From Monocercomonoides exilis PA203 (taxonomy: Eukaryota; Protista; Preaxostyla), in NCBI GenBank assembly GCA_001643675.2, contig LSRY02000012.1, positions 310,001 to 374,000 on the forward strand: 64,000 nt of DNA, read 5' to 3'. A program made the position numbers and the translations under genes. Positions 61,254-64,000 of the stretch are shown here, piece after piece (position 1 is the stretch's first letter; each line of letters begins with the position of its first letter). The notes under the pieces are model-generated. The model was not told the origin of the DNA. It made no database searches and worked only from the letters and a program-made list of their open reading frames with translations.

Positions 61254-62372
61254 TTAAACAATCTGTTCATATTCTGCAGCTCTTTGGAGTGCAGTTCTGA
61301 TTAATTGCCTTGATGGAAGTGTGGAAGGCATAGCAACGCTTTTGGTAAGACGAGAAGACGAAGAAGCTTCCGAAGAAGAAGCACTGCTGCTTGATGATGC
61401 AGAAGCTGAGCTTGTGGCAGAGAAGTACACTTTGCCTTCTGCTTCATTCAGAATCCATCCATGTTTTTGTGCCAAAGGACGAATCGTTTCAACAGAAGGA
61501 GATGGTAAGATAAGGAATTTGGCTGCATCTGCATAAGATAACGAAATGTATCCCTTCCCAACATAAGTTGCTATTTCATCTCTAATTAAAAATTTAATTT
61601 CCAAGAAATTTTCCTCCGAAAAAAACAGAAAATCAAACCTATGATTCTCACATAAGATGTCGTAGAATTTTTCAAATAAATCAGATGGAAGTTGTTCTCT
61701 AATCATCCAAAGCTTTCATGGGGAAAAAAATATGAATTGGTAAAATATAAGACTTCATACTGTTTCATAGACACTCCCATGAAGTTGATCAGATATTCCG
61801 CATGCAAATTTAATGTATGGAGTATTTTTTTCTGCTGATGTTAAAGCCTCTGCGAGGAGATTAAATAATGAATAACTTTTATAATTGTAAGAGCGATTTA
61901 TAAAAGAGAGAAAACAAAAATTCAATACTTTTTTTGTGATAATATCGCAAATAAATAAACTGCTTTCAAGTGAATTGAAAGATCTGAAGGTGGAAGAGGA
62001 CTGAATAACAAAATACAACATTTTGAAATTAAACGGAGAAATTGAAATTTTGTCACACGGTTTATTTTTGTTCAATGAATCCAATTGCATTGAATATCTA
62101 ACAAATGATTCCATATTAGGTTGGTATGCTGCAATTCTAGCTCCTGTTTCAGCAACATCTCCTGTAAAAAAGTAGAAAAATTAGAAAAAAAACAACGATT
62201 CAAATAAAATCATACTGACAAAAACCAAATCTTCTACGCTTGTTGGAAGATCTCCTTCAAATATTTCAGTCATTATATCATCGATACTATCTGCAAGAGC
62301 TTCAAGATTCTTTTTTGAAGATATTTGTGATTTCACTTCATCCAAGCGCTGTTTCAAATTCCCTGAAGACAT
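61254..62372 (-). CDS. RPN12: 26S proteasome lid subunit Rpn12/PSMD8, multi-exon
   Basis: ESFVRYSMQL, IRDEIA...YISLSYADAAKFL and C-terminal PSRQLIRTALQRAAEYEQIV match the Rpn12 pattern. Confidence 0.85.
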
Positions 62373-62679
62373 TCTAAATTTATGAATAATTTTTTATCAA
62401 TAATAAAATATTTTAACAATTAGTTTTATTTATAAACCCGAAATTAAAGAAAGTGATCAATAATCCCTTTGTTCAGTTGAAATTGATATGAAGTTCCACA
62501 TAATTACATATTTGTAATTCTATTAAATGGTCTATCATTAATTGTAATTTCGTTAAAAAATAAATAAATATTATTTGCTTGTAAAATGATGTTTCATTCT
62601 ACCTTTTATCAACAGCAGTTGAGCTTTAATTGAGTAAAACAAATTTTTTTCTTGAACAATAACACTTTCTAATGCATGC

Positions 62680-64000
62680 TCATGTTGTTGCATTTTGTAA
62701 TGTTGAAGAACGTAATGGCAAAGATGGAGGTGTGACCATCATTTCTTCTTTAAACATTTGATTTGCTGAATTTTTTCCAATATCATCATCATCATCATCA
62801 TCATTGTTGCTCTCTTCCTCCAACTCTGAATCAAGTTCGGGAATATGTTCAATATATCTGTTATATCTTGTAATAGGCCCGTATGCAGAAAAAGCTTTTC
62901 GAAATTCTTGAATTCTATCACCAAAATACAGCAATGCCACTTCATGAGGCATTGTCGCAGGAGCCTGTGTAACATGTTCGGATCTTTTTCCAGCAAGCCC
63001 TTTCCAAAACTTCATTCGCTTGTTAAATAACAGTGCTGTGCATTTAGGATGCTTCCATGCAACGTGCAGCCACGCAGACGATGGAGCAAATCGGACAAAC
63101 ATGAAGATTTCCTTTGCGTGCCCTGCATCGAATTGCCGCACTCCGTAAGTGACAAAAGTTCCCACATACGTAAAGGGTGCATTCAAAAAGACGACATTGC
63201 CTGTCCAGTTGCGATGAAGTGCTTGAGTTGTCCAAAATCTGCGCGCAGCAACGATTCTCTGTGCTGCAGGCTCGCTTGCTGGGTCGAGATCGATCAGCTG
63301 CTTTGTCATTGAAATGACTCCGTGGATGATAAAAGGTGGAGTGAACCACGAAGGACACTTTGCACTTCGACTTGAGAGCAATCCATCGCTTTCGGGAACG
63401 TGAGCCTGTTGAGGGACATCAGGGCTCAAAGGAATCCTTATTGGCGATTTAGACAAATTCAGAATCTTTAAAGAAGGACGAGTCGTTTTTATGGGCAATG
63501 TAACTGAAGTTAGAAAATTGCTTGAAATTTTTGCGCAATCCAACTCATGCAAATCTAATTTAGGATCTTGCAGTTCTGGCGTTAGATCAGGGTCAAGTAA
63601 TTGTATGGGGTACGGGAATGGGATTGTATTATCATTATCAGGTTCTTCTTGATTAAAATGAGCAGGATTCCAAGTCCAATAAAGATCTGGTCTTGGAGCT
63701 TGCTTAACATCCCACGGGAATGACATTGATGAAGATTTTCTGGCTCGAACTTCTTTTGGTTTTGGAAGTTGAATGTAGTAACTTTTTCCTTTGTAAATAA
63801 TATATGTTCTGTCGTTCAATATTCTTGGTGTTCCATAGTGGGGGGGTGCCTGTTTCGTTTCGTTAGTTTGAATCTTGCTCTCTTTTGGCTCTATAGATAA
63901 GAATTGATTGAATTCTTGTTTTCCTCTTTTTTTTCTTTTTTGAGGTGATGGGGGTGGAGTTGACGAAGGAGAAGATAACGAAGGTGAAGCTACTTCGGAT
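62680..64000 (-). CDS. Protein with a phage-type DNA N6-adenine methyltransferase (Dam-like) domain; 5' part lies outside the window
   Basis: IDLDPASEPAAQRIVAARRFWT...ALHRNWTGNVVFLNAPF...SSAW; frame is open to the window edge and includes a basic KRKKRGK patch; no introns seen. Confidence 0.7.
   Translation of the reverse strand, partial: SEVASPSLSSPSSTPPPSPQKRKKRGKQEFNQFLSIEPKESKIQTNETKQAPPHYGTPRILNDRTYIIYKGKSYYIQLPKPKEVRARKSSSMSFPWDVKQAPRPDLYWTWNPAHFNQEEPDNDNTIPFPYPIQLLDPDLTPELQDPKLDLHELDCAKISSNFLTSVTLPIKTTRPSLKILNLSKSPIRIPLSPDVPQQAHVPESDGLLSSRSAKCPSWFTPPFIIHGVISMTKQLIDLDPASEPAAQRIVAARRFWTTQALHRNWTGNVVFLNAPFTYVGTFVTYGVRQFDAGHAKEIFMFVRFAPSSAWLHVAWKHPKCTALLFNKRMKFWKGLAGKRSEHVTQAPATMPHEVALLYFGDRIQEFRKAFSAYGPITRYNRYIEHIPELDSELEEESNNDDDDDDDIGKNSANQMFKEEMMVTPPSLPLRSSTLQNATT

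Noticed and set aside
36450-62372. Host use of a TAR=Gln genetic code
   Set aside because: RPS18, OSTC and Rpn12 end at TAA at the expected C-termini, and the long ORFs have no internal TAR.

Overview
AT-rich, intron-containing eukaryotic DNA read in the standard genetic code (RPS18 and OSTC end in TAA). The lineage-specific gene families suggest an oxymonad such as Monocercomonoides; this is an inference. The window has two parts. From ~36.4 kb to 64 kb it is compact housekeeping sequence: MBL-fold hydrolase, Ndc1-like membrane protein, RPGRIP1L-like, Sec16, OSTC/DC2, RPS18, a TPR protein, a NEK kinase, Rpn12, and a phage-type Dam-like methyltransferase ORF that runs off the edge. From ~8.0 kb to 36.3 kb it is a nested stack of DNA transposons that collapses back to a ~10-bp empty site. 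The largest is a 25.3-kb element (11044-36307) with 19-bp GG-ended TIRs and a perfect 8-bp TSD, filled with decayed host-gene copies. Two further GGCATAGG-ended elements with 8-bp TSDs (8422-10818 and 23118-28561) each carry a fragment of a host beta-helix-like protein gene, in the manner of Pack elements. The giant element also holds a disrupted Sola-like DDE transposase fused in-frame to a USP (C19) deubiquitinase domain, a GC-rich structured sequence just downstream of it, and a tRNA-like Pol III unit near its left end. Three ~250-bp MITEs with 4-bp TSDs occur at 6.6, 7.6 and 15.3 kb. All element boundaries and TSDs were read by eye; superfamily assignments are from recalled motifs and need database confirmation.
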